A DNA stretch of 64,000 bases from Leptogorgia sarmentosa (lineage: Eukaryota), in NCBI GenBank assembly GCA_964658305.1, contig OZ210885.1, forward strand, positions 5,270,001 through 5,334,000, written 5' to 3'. Each line of letters starts with the position of its first letter. The stretch's first letter is position 1. Of this stretch, positions 1-11,900 are shown piece after piece. The notes beneath the pieces are model-generated. The model ran no database searches. It had not been told where the DNA came from and was given only the letters and a program-made list of their open reading frames with translations. A program made the position numbers and the translations under genes.

Positions 1-194
1 GTTTACTCAGTTATTATAATTATAATGAGTATTCCGAGGATGCTTTAACTTAAATAAAATGCATGATAGTGTTAGCAAAGCATTAAGAACAGCTAACTTT
101 TTAAGACCGTGTGCCTGCCAACTCTCATGCACTCTCATCCTCGTTTGATTCAGGATTAAAAAGCAAAATTTTCGCACGCAAGGAGACCACTTAC

Positions 195-3100
195 CTCATA
201 TTCAATGTTACTTTCGTATGTTGTGTAAGCTCTTTCGGGGTCACTGTTGTATTTAATGCCAGACTCCAGGAGTCGTTTCGCTGGCGCAATCAACTTTGGC
301 AACGACATCGTGATTTGGAGAAAAGGTATCTTTCGGTTTCCATGGTAACCATATATACTTTCTTTGATGCAAAAATCAACAGCTAAAACAGCCTAAATAC
401 AGTAAGGGAATTTCTGATAAAGGTTCACACAGATCAGACGCAATTTCGTGACGCGACGCAATTTTCCAGCTTTTGAAAGTGCATAAAAGAGTCCCAGAAA
501 GTGAATTTCGGAAGCTATGTGAACCTGATGAGTCAAGATGTTTTGCCGCTATGAAATTTTGGAAATATTGCATCAGGGGCAAATATGTTTGCTTCTGAAA
601 ACTGAAATCGCGTCCGGTGTGTGTGGGCGGTAACAGTACAAGTCATTACAACAGCGTTAAAGAGCATCCCAAAGTTGGTAAATCTTCAAAGTTTGGTTGC
701 GAAATGCTGGAAAATACGAAAAATACACCGCTGTGAAGTTTGCAAATTTTGTATATTTTTGTATTACTACGCATAGAGAATTGATACCAACATCGAGGGT
801 AAGGTACGTTTCATTATGTAATACAAAGATGTACAAAATCGCTAAATGTACTAAATTTTGCAGTTTTACAAACTTTTAATAGGATGCTCTTTGAAACGTT
901 ATTACGCAATCGGTCTATTCGAAGGAAGTCTATCAGGAAGTTTTAGCTTTGCGTGTTCCGAGAAACGACAAAAGCGAGGTTCATGTTTGGCTAGTTGTTT
1001 GACGTTCTTCGACAAAGGCGGCAAAATGATGGTCACGTGATTGCACCTGAAGTTAGAAAAACAACACGCGAAGCTTAAACCACAGAGGTCGAAGCTTAAT
1101 TACATACAGAGGTCTAACTGTTGTACCGACATTTTCTTGTGCGCACGCTCGGCGAGTTGCTTGATGCGTGCATCTGATTTGCCGAGCATGCGTAGTTGAT
1201 CATTTGTTTTGCGAGGCGCATTAAAAAAGTGGGTACATGAAAATGCCAATTTTAATATTGAGTTAGACCTCTGTATGATACATACACAGGTAGCATTGAC
1301 ATAGTTTAATCTGGAACAGAAATGATTGTGCATCAATGGACTTTTCAAGCTTTTTGGGGGGGTTAACGAGACAAAAAATCACCGTTGAGTGTTTTAAGAC
1401 TTTTTTAATAACGCTAAAGGCGAAAAGGTTAAGTGTCGGTTTTTAGCTTTGTTATATCCCAAACGAGTTTTAAAAATTGATATGTGCATTGACATTGTCA
1501 TTCTTGATCAAAATATATAAATACAAAGTGCTGAAATGTTTTTGGATTGAATGTTTTTGAAGCGTATCAGGCCATATCACGGATGTGGATGTGTTTTCAC
1601 TTAGTAAAGTTTAAAAAGTTACCTGTATCACGCCATCTTTGTTGGATCTCATATCCGCTATCACAGCCCTATTGAGGGCATCTTTGAAGGCATGACAATG
1701 ATCTTTCTTCATGTTCTGCGGAGCAGGTACAAAGAAGTATGGTACAAAGCCATGAATATGACACACAAGGCTGTTTCCTCCCATCGTGATGCCGTACATA
1801 CGAGCAATCGGGACTGGTCCTACAGTTGATCCAGGCATCCCAGGAAAATACTGACCTATAAAAAGACCGAGGCACAGTATACCTATACAGTAGTCCAACT
1901 CATTGTTTTTTTGCAAGCTGTATTCGTCACTCAGCAAGTGCCCTAAACAGAAGCAGTCACCCCCCTGAGTATTATTCATTTTGAGTATTGCCAGGGGGGT
2001 GACTGCCTCTGTTTAGGGCACTTGCTGAGTGACCAATACAGCTTACAAAAAAACAATGAGTTGGACTACTGTATAGGTAGACTGTGACCGAGGGGTTGAA
2101 TGCCAAGCATCATTGGCTAATATGACTGTGCAAGATGTATAGATGTATTCAGGAGCAGAATGTACAGCATTGGACTAGTAAACCAAAGGTCGCGGGTACG
2201 ATTCCCACCGAGGCCAGGCTAATTTTGCAGCCTGCCTGGTGTGGTGGATATATACTCAGAGTAACATCACAATAACATCATTGGCTAATTTGCAATCATA
2301 ATAGATGTATAGCCACAATGACTTGTGTTGAGCGAAAACATTTTGATCATTTAGTACACTGAGGTTGCCAGAAATGGCCATTTCAGAATCCTGACTTTAC
2401 AATTAAATATAATGTTACAACTTAACAATACAATTAAATTTGACATTGCAAACAAAGGGGGTTTTCATAAGGACTTGGAAGTGTTGAATTTCTGACAAAA
2501 GGCCTTCACTTGGTACTGATTCCTGATCAAGAATTTTTCTTGAAACATCAAACCTTATAGTATTGTTCAAGTGGTTAGTAGACATTTTGCTGCTTGTTGA
2601 TATTGCTATTCACAAGTAAACAATATCTAAAACAATAGCGCTTAGTCAGGGCCAGCGCTGGAATGTTAATTGGAGGTGCATATTCATATTTTGGCATTCT
2701 GCCGACTGATTTCTTTTGAAATCAGTTGTTTATGAATTAATTTCTAAAGAAATCAGTCGGCAGAATGTCAAAATATGAATATGCACCCCCCCCCCCCCCC
2801 CAATTAACATTCTAGTGCCAGCCCTGCGCTCAGTCATTTAGCTGTGAAAAAGTGAAGCCCAATTTCAGCAGTGGCATATAATAGTGGCATATACTACAGA
2901 CTTTGGACGTCAGATCACAGGGTATATATCAGACAGAGGTGACATTCTCACATACCCACTTTTTAAATGCAGCCTGGCAATAAAATGAACAACTATGCAT
3001 GATCAGCAAGTTCAAATTCAGTCGTCATCCAATCAGATGCACATATCCAGTAACTTGCCAAGCATACGCACAAAAAAGTAGCTACAACAGTTAGACCTTG

Positions 3101-3513
3101 TAGTTACTCTGATGATGGTTATATTTTCATGTTATGCAGTCATGAAAATGGTTAGGGTTAGACAGGGATAGTGTTAGGCATTAAACTTGAAGTTAATATT
3201 GTGGTTGGGGGGATAGGATGTGATAGAAATGAATTAGTGTGTGTAACATGAAAATATAACCATGATGACCTGCTACCTATAATTTCTTACCGATGTAATG
3301 GTCTAAATCAAGTTGCTGAAAGAACAAGGCATCATTCGAGGCGTTCAAGGAAGGTAATGGAGGTCTGCACCACTTTAATGCTCGGCTAGATCTAGAAGAA
3401 AGCTTTGCTAATTCTTGTTCAAATCCACTGGGTTTCGTCTCCTCAGACTTCGTACGCTTTGCATTCGAATTAGAATGATCTATCTTTCGTTTCTCGCCGC
3501 CACGATCCATCAA
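195..3513 (-). CDS. POLD1: DNA polymerase delta catalytic subunit, first three coding exons (3513-3291, 1855-1623, 392-195); gene continues beyond the left edge
   Basis: Spliced translation across GT-AG introns gives WCRPPLP...FFQQLDLDHYIG|QYFPGMPGSTVGPVPIARMYGITMGGNSLVCHIHGFVPYFFVPAP...|AVLAVDFCIKESIYGYHGNRKIPFLQITMSLPKLIAPAKRLLESG...YESNIEYE. This is the recognisable POLD1 N-terminal region and the phases join in frame. Confidence 0.93.
1873..2086. mobile_element. Hairpin MITE (CACAG...CTGTG), 7-bp TSD ACCGAGG, in POLD1 intron 1
   Basis: ~95-bp near-perfect inverted arms; ACCGAGG at 1866-1872 and 2087-2093. Confidence 0.85.
2150..2279 (+). mobile_element. tRNA-derived SINE-like element
   Basis: AGCATTGGACTAGTAAACCAAAGGTCGCGGGTACGATTCCCACC has an anticodon-arm-like and a T-arm/B-box-like part. 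There is no good acceptor stem, and a non-tRNA tail ends in an AACATC repeat. Confidence 0.6.
2647..2826. mobile_element. hAT-like MITE, 8-bp TSD CGCT(T/C)AGT; same family as 55811-55988
   Basis: CAGGGC...GCCCTG termini with long inverted arms; near-identical second copy in this window. Confidence 0.85.
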
Positions 3514-3631
3514 GACACAATAAGGTATTCACAAGGTATAACTGCGATCGAGAGGGCAGTATTTAGATGAAATATTCGGAAATTCAGAAGTTTTTATTTT
3601 ATTTGTGATTTTTGTATTAATCCATGAGGAC

Positions 3632-3643
3632 TTCGCGCCAAAA
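3632..3643 (-). promoter_or_regulatory. E2F-type site TTTTGGCGCGAA about 120 bp upstream of the POLD1 start
   Basis: Matches TTTSSCGC; E2F control of replication genes is established. Function here is inferred. Confidence 0.55.
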
Positions 3644-3891
3644 TCATTTTTTGTGCGAAAAACACTGTTGCAAAACGTCATGTAAGTTTTTTGTAATTAA
3701 ACAAGGTGAACTCGATCAATGTAACTGGAGTGAGAGATTGACTGAGCTATATAGATCACTGCAGTTGCGTTATTCGTCGTACGTAGCAATCACTAGTCTA
3801 CACACGTAAAAATCTCACAACCTGTTGTTAACAAGATCTGTTTGCAATCGCAGCAAACGTGTTGCAAGTCTGTCAACAATTTGTAACAATG

Positions 3892-4269
3892 CAGGGGTGG
3901 ATACAGGGGGGTGAATAGGGTGAAATTTCACACACACCCCCTTTCCTGCCTCAACCATCAACCAGTGCAGGAAAAAACAGCGATAATGCTGCGATATACT
4001 GTATCACTCCTATACGTTTTATATATTTATGATCAAATAAGTAAAATGTATTTAAAATTATAGTACATATGAATGCCTATTATAGGCATAGCGAAGGCGT
4101 TTCTTTCGGCTTGGCAATAGTTCTAAAAATTATAATGGAGCACTGCAGCTAAGTTTAATGATGATCGCAGCTAAGTTTAAGGATGATTCGTTTGCCAAGT
4201 ATTGAAGATTTTAAAATTTAAACAGTCTATAATTTCACCCCCCTTTTCACAATCCTGTATCCGCCCCTG
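3892..4269. mobile_element. MITE with CAGGGG(T/C)GGATACAGG TIRs, apparent 5-bp TSD CAATG
   Basis: CAGGGGTGGATACAGG at left, CCTGTATCCGCCCCTG at right; CAATG flanks both sides. Confidence 0.75.
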
Positions 4270-4743
4270 CAATGCCGTTATTTTGTCAATTAATTTGCTA
4301 CAAGCTTGTCACTCACACTGTTCACAAGTTGTTGAATGGACCGATTGCATAATCGACAAATTTTTTAAAAATCTCGAAATAGTACAATTCATAGCAACAG
4401 CGTTAAAGAGCATCACAAAATTAGTAGAAACGCAAAGTTTGGGAGCGAAATGTTGTAAAATGTGGTTTATAACCTATAAAAATATGTAAATATAAAGTTG
4501 TGTTGGAAAAGGACTTGACTGCCCAATTCAGAACATCAAACTGTTTCCTATTTTCATATTTAACTTTTTGCTAAAATATGTAAAAACTATTGCTGTTGTA
4601 TGCTTAAAGTTATTCCCAAATTCTAATAATGATCAACAACATATTTTATTCACTGCACAAAATGTATTTTGTCACTGCACAATTCTCATTTATCACTGCA
4701 CAAATTGGTTATCACTGCACCTTAGAATAATCCCTGAATTATG

Positions 4744-5739
4744 TTACAAATGCTTACAGGGACTTATTTTGAAAAGAATCTGTTCATACGCCTTTCTGTA
4801 CTTAATATGTCTCATTCCATAGATGAAAGGGTTCACAATGGAGTTTATTCCATAAAATTCATAATTAAACACTACGAACCACAATTGCTTGAACGAGTCA
4901 CTGGGATAACAAAAATGCAATACCAGTCCAATCACTGTCGGCGCTAAAACACAGAAAGTCAAAACTGCAACAACAATTGAAAATGTTTTAACTGCTTTAA
5001 GAGCGTGGAAAAACCGTTTGGTGTGAGTGCTTGTTTTGTTTCTTTCTTCTCCGTTGCAAGGGTTGAAGACTACGGCGGCTTCAGCCAAGATACGTTTTCG
5101 TTGTTTCTCCGCAACGATTAAAATCCAAACATTAAGAGTTACTATTAAAGTCGAAGGAAAATAGACGGTAAACGTTTGTAAGAAATAATACGCTGCATCA
5201 TCCGGGTAGCAAAAACTTGTAGTTCTGAAGCTATTGCCAGGTTGTCTTTGGTAAAAAACAAGTGAAACAGTTAAAGGACAACAGGCAGTTAACCAAATAC
5301 CAGACAGAGCTACAAAAACTCGTCGTTTGGTCACAATCAGCGGATATTTGAGAGGTTTTACAATGTAAATACAGCGATCAACAGTAATTGCGAGAAGTGC
5401 GGCTATTGAAGCGAACAGTAATGTCCAGATGGTTGAACGACTCAACTTACAAAATAAGTCCTGATCACTATCGATGTTTAATATAGTCTGTATAAATTCA
5501 ACGATCCATATTGGATAAAATGTTAAACACACGAGAAGATCTGCCAGTGCCAGGTTTCCAACCAAGTAAGATGTCGCTGTCTTTTCTTTGCTCGTAAAAA
5601 TTGTATAAATTATAACTGTGATATTTCCCAAAACTCCAAAAATCATTGCCAAGAATTTAAACACAATGGACGAAATGAGAAACTCACTGGGTATTGTGGG
5701 GAAATGCGACGAGTTATTTGCCATGGTTGTATTTTTCAT
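4744..5739 (-). CDS. Intronless rhodopsin-family (class A) GPCR, amine/adenosine-receptor-like orphan
   Basis: Seven hydrophobic segments with GN (TM1), NLALADL (TM2), DRC (DRY variant), W (TM4) and NPFIY (NPxxY). N-glycosylation sequons follow the ATG at 5739. Confidence 0.92.
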   Translation of the reverse strand: MKNTTMANNSSHFPTIPSEFLISSIVFKFLAMIFGVLGNITVIIYTIFTSKEKTATSYLVGNLALADLLVCLTFYPIWIVEFIQTILNIDSDQDLFCKLSRSTIWTLLFASIAALLAITVDRCIYIVKPLKYPLIVTKRRVFVALSGIWLTACCPLTVSLVFYQRQPGNSFRTTSFCYPDDAAYYFLQTFTVYFPSTLIVTLNVWILIVAEKQRKRILAEAAVVFNPCNGEERNKTSTHTKRFFHALKAVKTFSIVVAVLTFCVLAPTVIGLVLHFCYPSDSFKQLWFVVFNYEFYGINSIVNPFIYGMRHIKYRKAYEQILFKISPCKHL

Positions 5740-6089
5740 GGAAGAGCATTTCTCAGCATTTAGCCGCCTAATACTGAACCAGACGTCTGTCACAATACGG
5801 AGAGAAAAATAAGGCAGATATATTGCGTAATGAGTTTATATAACATGCAGTCATTATTCCATAACTACTTGAGATCGACACCGGGATATAAAAGTACCTA
5901 GCCAGACAATGAATAGATAGTAAGTATTATTATTCAGTAAAAGATTAATATATAACATCTCATATTGTTAACTACTATTCAGTCACCAACATCACAAAGT
6001 TAAATATATTAGAAGAGCAATGTCACAACTCATAAATACGAAATAACATTACTTGTGTATGAAAATAAAAGCTCTATAAAAGTATTTTA

Positions 6090-6300
6090 TAAAATAACCG
6101 GAAGTAAGTGAAAAAGACTGCGCGCGCGTGATTGGCTAACAGCCGTGTTGATGTGAGATTATGTAAACACAGCTATTTCCCGCTGCTTCTCGCTATCCGT
6201 TTATTCCGCTTTTGTAAAAATAATGGAAAACATTTTCCTATGTTTGCACTCGTGTTTACATAACTCGATGTAAACATGGAAAATGTTTTCTATTCCTTTA
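6090..6300 (+). repeat. Interspersed repeat, second copy at ~54097-54300
   Basis: AAAATAACCGGAAGTAAGTGAAA...CGCGCGCGTGATTGGCTAACAGCCGTGTTGATGTG...ACACAGCTATTTCCCGCTGCTTCTCGCTAT is shared between the two sites. Confidence 0.8.
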
Positions 6301-7317
6301 GAAAGCTGCCATATTTACTCGTTCAGACACCGCGGCGCTCTTTAAAGTTTTGCCTCTCAGAAATTGCGCTTATTTGGGGACGGAGCTTATCCGAAGCAGC
6401 ACTTTTCAAAAATATTCTGTTTACAAATGATAGCAACAATTACTATCCTCAAGGTTCATCAATTTCTATAAGTTTTGCACAATTTTGTGACCGTGCTTCA
6501 AAATTGCATTCGTGCAAACTATTGTACATAGCAGGTGTAGCGTTTACTTTGGGGCGGCGCTTTTGAGAACACTTTGGCGCGGCTCTTGTTCAAAAGCGCT
6601 TTTCAAATAACTAACAGGTGATCTCAATACGCGGAAGATTAGAAAAGGACTGGCATTGTCATTTAAAAATCGATTGGAGCAACTGAATATCTCCCACAAT
6701 ATACTTCATTTCGCTTCCATATTTTTGTCAGAGCTATAGTTCTCCTAACTAAACATAATTTCAACTAGTTTCATACAGAAAAACGAAAGATACAATCGAA
6801 TGTATTTTGACACCCCTTTCTGAGAGGCTTCTTTAGGCTACAACACGAACACGAGATCACATGGCCTTCTATAAATACGATATGTTTGAAAAAATAGGAA
6901 ATTACATATGTAAAGAATAGCATGAATAATTCGGGACGGACAAGGGTTTTGGAATTTTTATAGTGAGAGTTTTTTTGTGCATGAATAAAATACTGAACAA
7001 AATAACAAAGCTTTATTGAAATATATATGAAAATAAAGCCTTAGCTTTATTCTCCTTTTTGATAAACAGCATTATTATATGGCTGTTTAAAATTCTCTAT
7101 TCTGATTAGTTGACAAGCGGTCCGTAAATATAGGATATTACACGGCGGTGCGAAGATCAACCTCGTTCCCAGGGTCTTGCGAAGATATGAATTTTATGGC
7201 GTGGTGAAAGCAGTATTTTACCAATGAGCGCAGCGATTGAATCATATAAGACCGCCGTGTAATGTTCTTTTTATTATGTAGTCGTAAAAGCCAGTCGGCA
7301 GTATAAATTTTTGATCG

Positions 7318-7490
7318 ATAATAAAGGGTTATTGACCGAGCGTGAGGTCTGTACTGTGAAATATCAGACCGAGGTATTTTAGTATGGACCGAGCGACGAA
7401 GGAGCGAGGTCAATGCAAAAAACAGAGGTCTGATACTTGACAGACAGTACAGACCGAACAAGCGAGGTCAATAAACTGTTTATTATATGG
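7318..7490. repeat. Imperfect palindromic interspersed element; similar structures at ~21750-21880, ~22690-22850 and ~47495-47670
   Basis: ATAATAAA...TTGACC...TCAGACC / GGTCTGA...GGTCAATAAA...TTTATTAT arms are visible. Confidence 0.65.
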
Positions 7491-8999
7491 CTGAATTGAG
7501 TTTAAGCATATGCTTTTCAGTCGCGCGAATTAAATCGGCTATCATCATGCAGTTTCATTTGGTAACACTATAGACATCAATATAACAATTTTTTTACATT
7601 TTGGTCTATTTTATTTTGAAGATTTTACAACAATTTCTAATTTAATACAGTATAGAAGCTTTAAATACAAATACAAATACAAAACACAAATACAGGATAT
7701 ACAATACATAAATATATTTTTTGCTCAAAATAAGACGCACGATTTTCGAAACAACGTCTGAATTCTGAAAGCCCAGTTTCCACTTAGCGATTTTTTTCGC
7801 ATGAACAAGCAAAATCAGGTTACTTCTTTCTTTGTTCGCGCGAACAAATTCGCCTCGTGGGAAAAACAACGGACAAAATATTTAACCTTGTGTTTCGGAG
7901 GCTGAGTTAGTTTAAGGCTGATCTTGGATCAACTTAAAAATTTAAACAATTTTTTTTAGTTTTGCTTAAGAAATTAGAAAAAATCATTTCAAGTCTTCGA
8001 CGTTTTGCAGCAAACAGACGTGCAGAAATACAAAAACTTAACTAAAGTTGAATTCTCACCCAAGATTAGCCTTAACCTGTAGCTTTGAAAAACCGCCCCC
8101 TTGGCGTTATATCTATTTCGATTTAGGTTTAGTTTTGTATTAGGTGGGGTGAAATAAATTTATACCCCATTCTAACAATATACATTTTACGTATAATCAA
8201 CAAAAACGTAATGATAAATGCGTTTCAATTAAGTTTTCAAAAAGTAAGAAAAAGGTTAAAAACATGGCATTGCTTTACGTTGAAAGATTTTTATCTAGCA
8301 CTGTTCTATTTCATATGCAGAGAATGGAGAGTAAAATGCCTTGATGGTGATCATGCCTTTACTTGAAACAAATTGAATCAGAAAAATACAGCCTTGATGT
8401 AAGTTAACTAGGCTTAGTATTATATTAAATTAGGCTTTTTTCCTTTTCAATCTAATCTATACATAGGAGGAATTTGCCTCCTGGTCACTGAATCTATATC
8501 TCGTTAAACGATTTTACTGTTTACTCGTCGGCGTCTATTTCACTCGTACACGTTAAAGGGAAGTTGCAGATTTGACATTTCACCCTGCAAACTATAAAAA
8601 TCTGAATTTCATCCAGTTTAAAGGCACCAGGATGAACAATTTTTCAATCATTTTAAGCTGTACTTTTTGTACGAAAATGCATTATGTTGGTGGAACGCTG
8701 TGCCTCTGAAGCCCGTTTTCCCACTTGATTTTTTCCTCGCGAACAAGCAAAAAGCGAATGTGATTGGCTTCGTACGGCTAATTACTTATTAATGGTACAT
8801 TAAGGTACATTGCCTTGCAATGATTAGCGTCGCTTTTTATTAATACTCGTCGCTTTTTAATAATACTGTGCGAGTTTGTTAGACTTTATTTTTTTTCGGA
8901 TAATAAAACCTTGGTATTTTTCCCCCGAATCGGCTCAAACTGTAATTGGAATTAAGATGCTTAACAACGACACAAATGTTACACGTAAGTGGTGTTGAA

Positions 9000-11900
9000 A
9001 ATGACTTGGATGAAGGGTATTGCGGAACACAAATTCCAGTTTGGAACTTGTCGTAAGAAAAAATTTCGATGGGTGCCGAAAAATGATTTGGCCTATGGTG
9101 GTTGGCTTAACAAATGAAGGTCGCGTTATATGCGTATTTAAACTGGTCAAAGTGTTGTAATAAATAAATATAGCATGATTAGTTTCCTAGTGTATTAATA
9201 CTGCAGCAGTAAATATATATTTACAAGAAATTGGATTTTCACTGTGTGTCCTTGTAGAATGCCGAAGAAAGGTTTACAGAGAAAAGAATGGGAGACAAGA
9301 ATGAAGTTGTTCGCACAAGGCAAATTTCAATTCGGCCGAGGAAATGCCCCACCACCAGGGTCGATGTGGGCAAAAAAAAGGACGATATAAGGAAATGTGC
9401 GGCTGGGAAAAAATAGATATCTTTGGCAGACAAGTGCAATGCACTTGTGGATATCACCCCAAAACAGCAAATGATATATCATTCTATATTATAAATATTT
9501 AATATATTATGTATCTGTTGTATTTTTAGGATACTGAACTGTACACTCGTACACTTTGTACACAGCTGTCCAAAGGCCTGTACACTCGTGTGAGGCCAGT
9601 CCTGGACATCAAGGACTACTATTACTTGGCTGCAGAGTACCACTTTTGCAAGGGTTGCAATGGTACATTTATCGCATGGGATAAGAGGACCCTCGACCTC
9701 CTGCCCGATGGAGTGAGGAACAAGTTTCCGGTGGTACTGACCCACAAGTATGCTTGCGACGTGTCAGTGATTTCTCTTTTGAGATCTCGCACCCTTGGCA
9801 ATAGTCCCAGCGCTCTGCAGAACAACATATGTGAACTCCACAGCGAGGAAAACAACACCGTGCAGCTTCTCGTACTTTTGGCCAGCCTCCTGTAGAGTAC
9901 CAGAAGGAGCAACAATTGAAGAGTCCCCCCTGTGCCAGGTGGTTTCTTGCCTGTTATGTGCGAGATGTATATAACAGGCTTGTTCAACTCAAGGCAGTTA
10001 CTACTGCAGTGTATGGGAGGATTTTCAAAATTGACTCCACGAAAAAGATCACCAAGAAGCTGCAGGGAGCCGAGGCCAACACCGCCAGCTGGGTTACCAA
10101 CGTCGGTAACGAGAAAGGGGAGGTGTTGAACTCCATCGTGAAAAGTGTTAAATTTTTACCAACAGGAACATCAGCAAGTGGGGTAACATTCCAGGCATAC
10201 CTGGTAGAGGGGCTGGCCCGCTGGAATCTGCAGCGGTCAGCAGATCATAAGCAGAAGGGGAGCCCCATCCCAAGGGGAGCCCCATTCCAAGGGGAGCCCC
10301 ATTCCAAGGGGAGCCCCATTCTGTTATGGACGAGCCAGAAGTTGTGATTGTCGAGAAGCGGAAGACTGCATCAAATTGTAAGTATGTCACAATTCACCAA
10401 GCACATTTTCTGCAAGAGTATAATAACAAATTGATATTCACTTCCAGTGCCTAGAACCACAGCATGGAGAAGGCGACGCGCGGAAGCTTTGGCCAAGGAA
10501 GCGTCAGCCGCACAGGAACGAGGAGACCCAACTCCCAAAAAAGTGCGGCTAGCATATACGTGTAAAAAGTGTGGAAAACCACAGACTAAAGAGACTGGCC
10601 ACTCTCAATATTACGGCCAAAGTTATTGCCCAAATGAAGAGGGACAGATACCAAGAGAACAATGGCTCAAACAAAAGGCCGAAGAGCGAAAACCCCAAAA
10701 AGAAAAATCGTAAATAATTTGTAAATAGTATTATGTAAATATTTTCATGTAAAATCACGGTACCCCGATTATAAACAAGTACAATCATGTATGATAGGTT
10801 GTTGACATTTAATGATATTTTCCACCGAAAATAAAGGAATGAATCGTTGAAATAATTCAAGAAAAACATAAAGAACGTGAAAATTTCAATCCTCGAATAT
10901 CCGCCATCTTGGATTCCCAATATTCCAAAATTTACTAGTTCCAAACAACATCGGCTCAACGTACTGTCATTTGCTGTGCACAACCAACCTGCTCTGCCAA
11001 GCTTCGACCTTACTTACAGCTGTTGTTCTCTGACCCACGACAACCAACACCACGACCACCAACACCACGACCACCACCACCAGAACGACCACCAACACCA
11101 CCACCACCACCACAACGACCACCAACACCACGACCACCACCACCACAACGACCACCAACACCACGACCACCACCACGACAGCCACCACCACCAACACCAC
11201 GACCACCACCACGACCACCACCACCAACACCACGACCATCACCAACAATACCACCAACAACAACACCACAACAACCATTACCACGACCCGACACCACCAC
11301 AACCATTACCACGACCACTAACACCAAAAAATTATTATAAGTCTTTAAATTTATTTTACCCTTTAAAATCTAATAATGATATATTTTACATACTCAAGTC
11401 CTTTATGTCTTTAATTTTGAAAAAAAACCAACCATTTTCTTTTCCGATTGAAAAAAGAGTACTGGAACAGTCCTTGCCCAAGCCGCCACCCAAACCGTTG
11501 AGAGAGAAAGTCAACTATCCACCAAGGTACAGACCTGACTCAGCACATACTGGCCGATTCATGCTGAAGAAGACGAAAACTCAGACGGTCACACCTGGAA
11601 TTGTCAGTTTCAGAAAACATGGTCTGTTTTCAAGACAATAGACCCAGTATTGATAGTGAGACATCTTACCTGTGTAGCAACTGTCATTAATATTCTTCTT
11701 GCTTTTTGGAGCTAAAAATATGTGAATCTCTAACTAATATTCTTTTTAGAGCCATGGTGGGCAGTAACTCGGGGCCAGCCACATCTGTTGACGCAAGTCC
11801 TATCGTTGAATGCCTTTGCAAGAAATTGCAAAGTGCATTCAACAGTCCAGTCAAGAAGGACGGTAGGACCGTATCCAGATGGAGGCTAATTCTTGATGCG

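Noticed and set aside
1856..1979. N-terminal part of ORF 1611-1979 as coding
   Set aside because: It lies in the intron and MITE upstream of the POLD1 acceptor at 1856.
2165..2212. Functional tRNA-Thr(AGT)
   Set aside because: No proper acceptor stem or D-arm, and it is followed by a SINE-like body.
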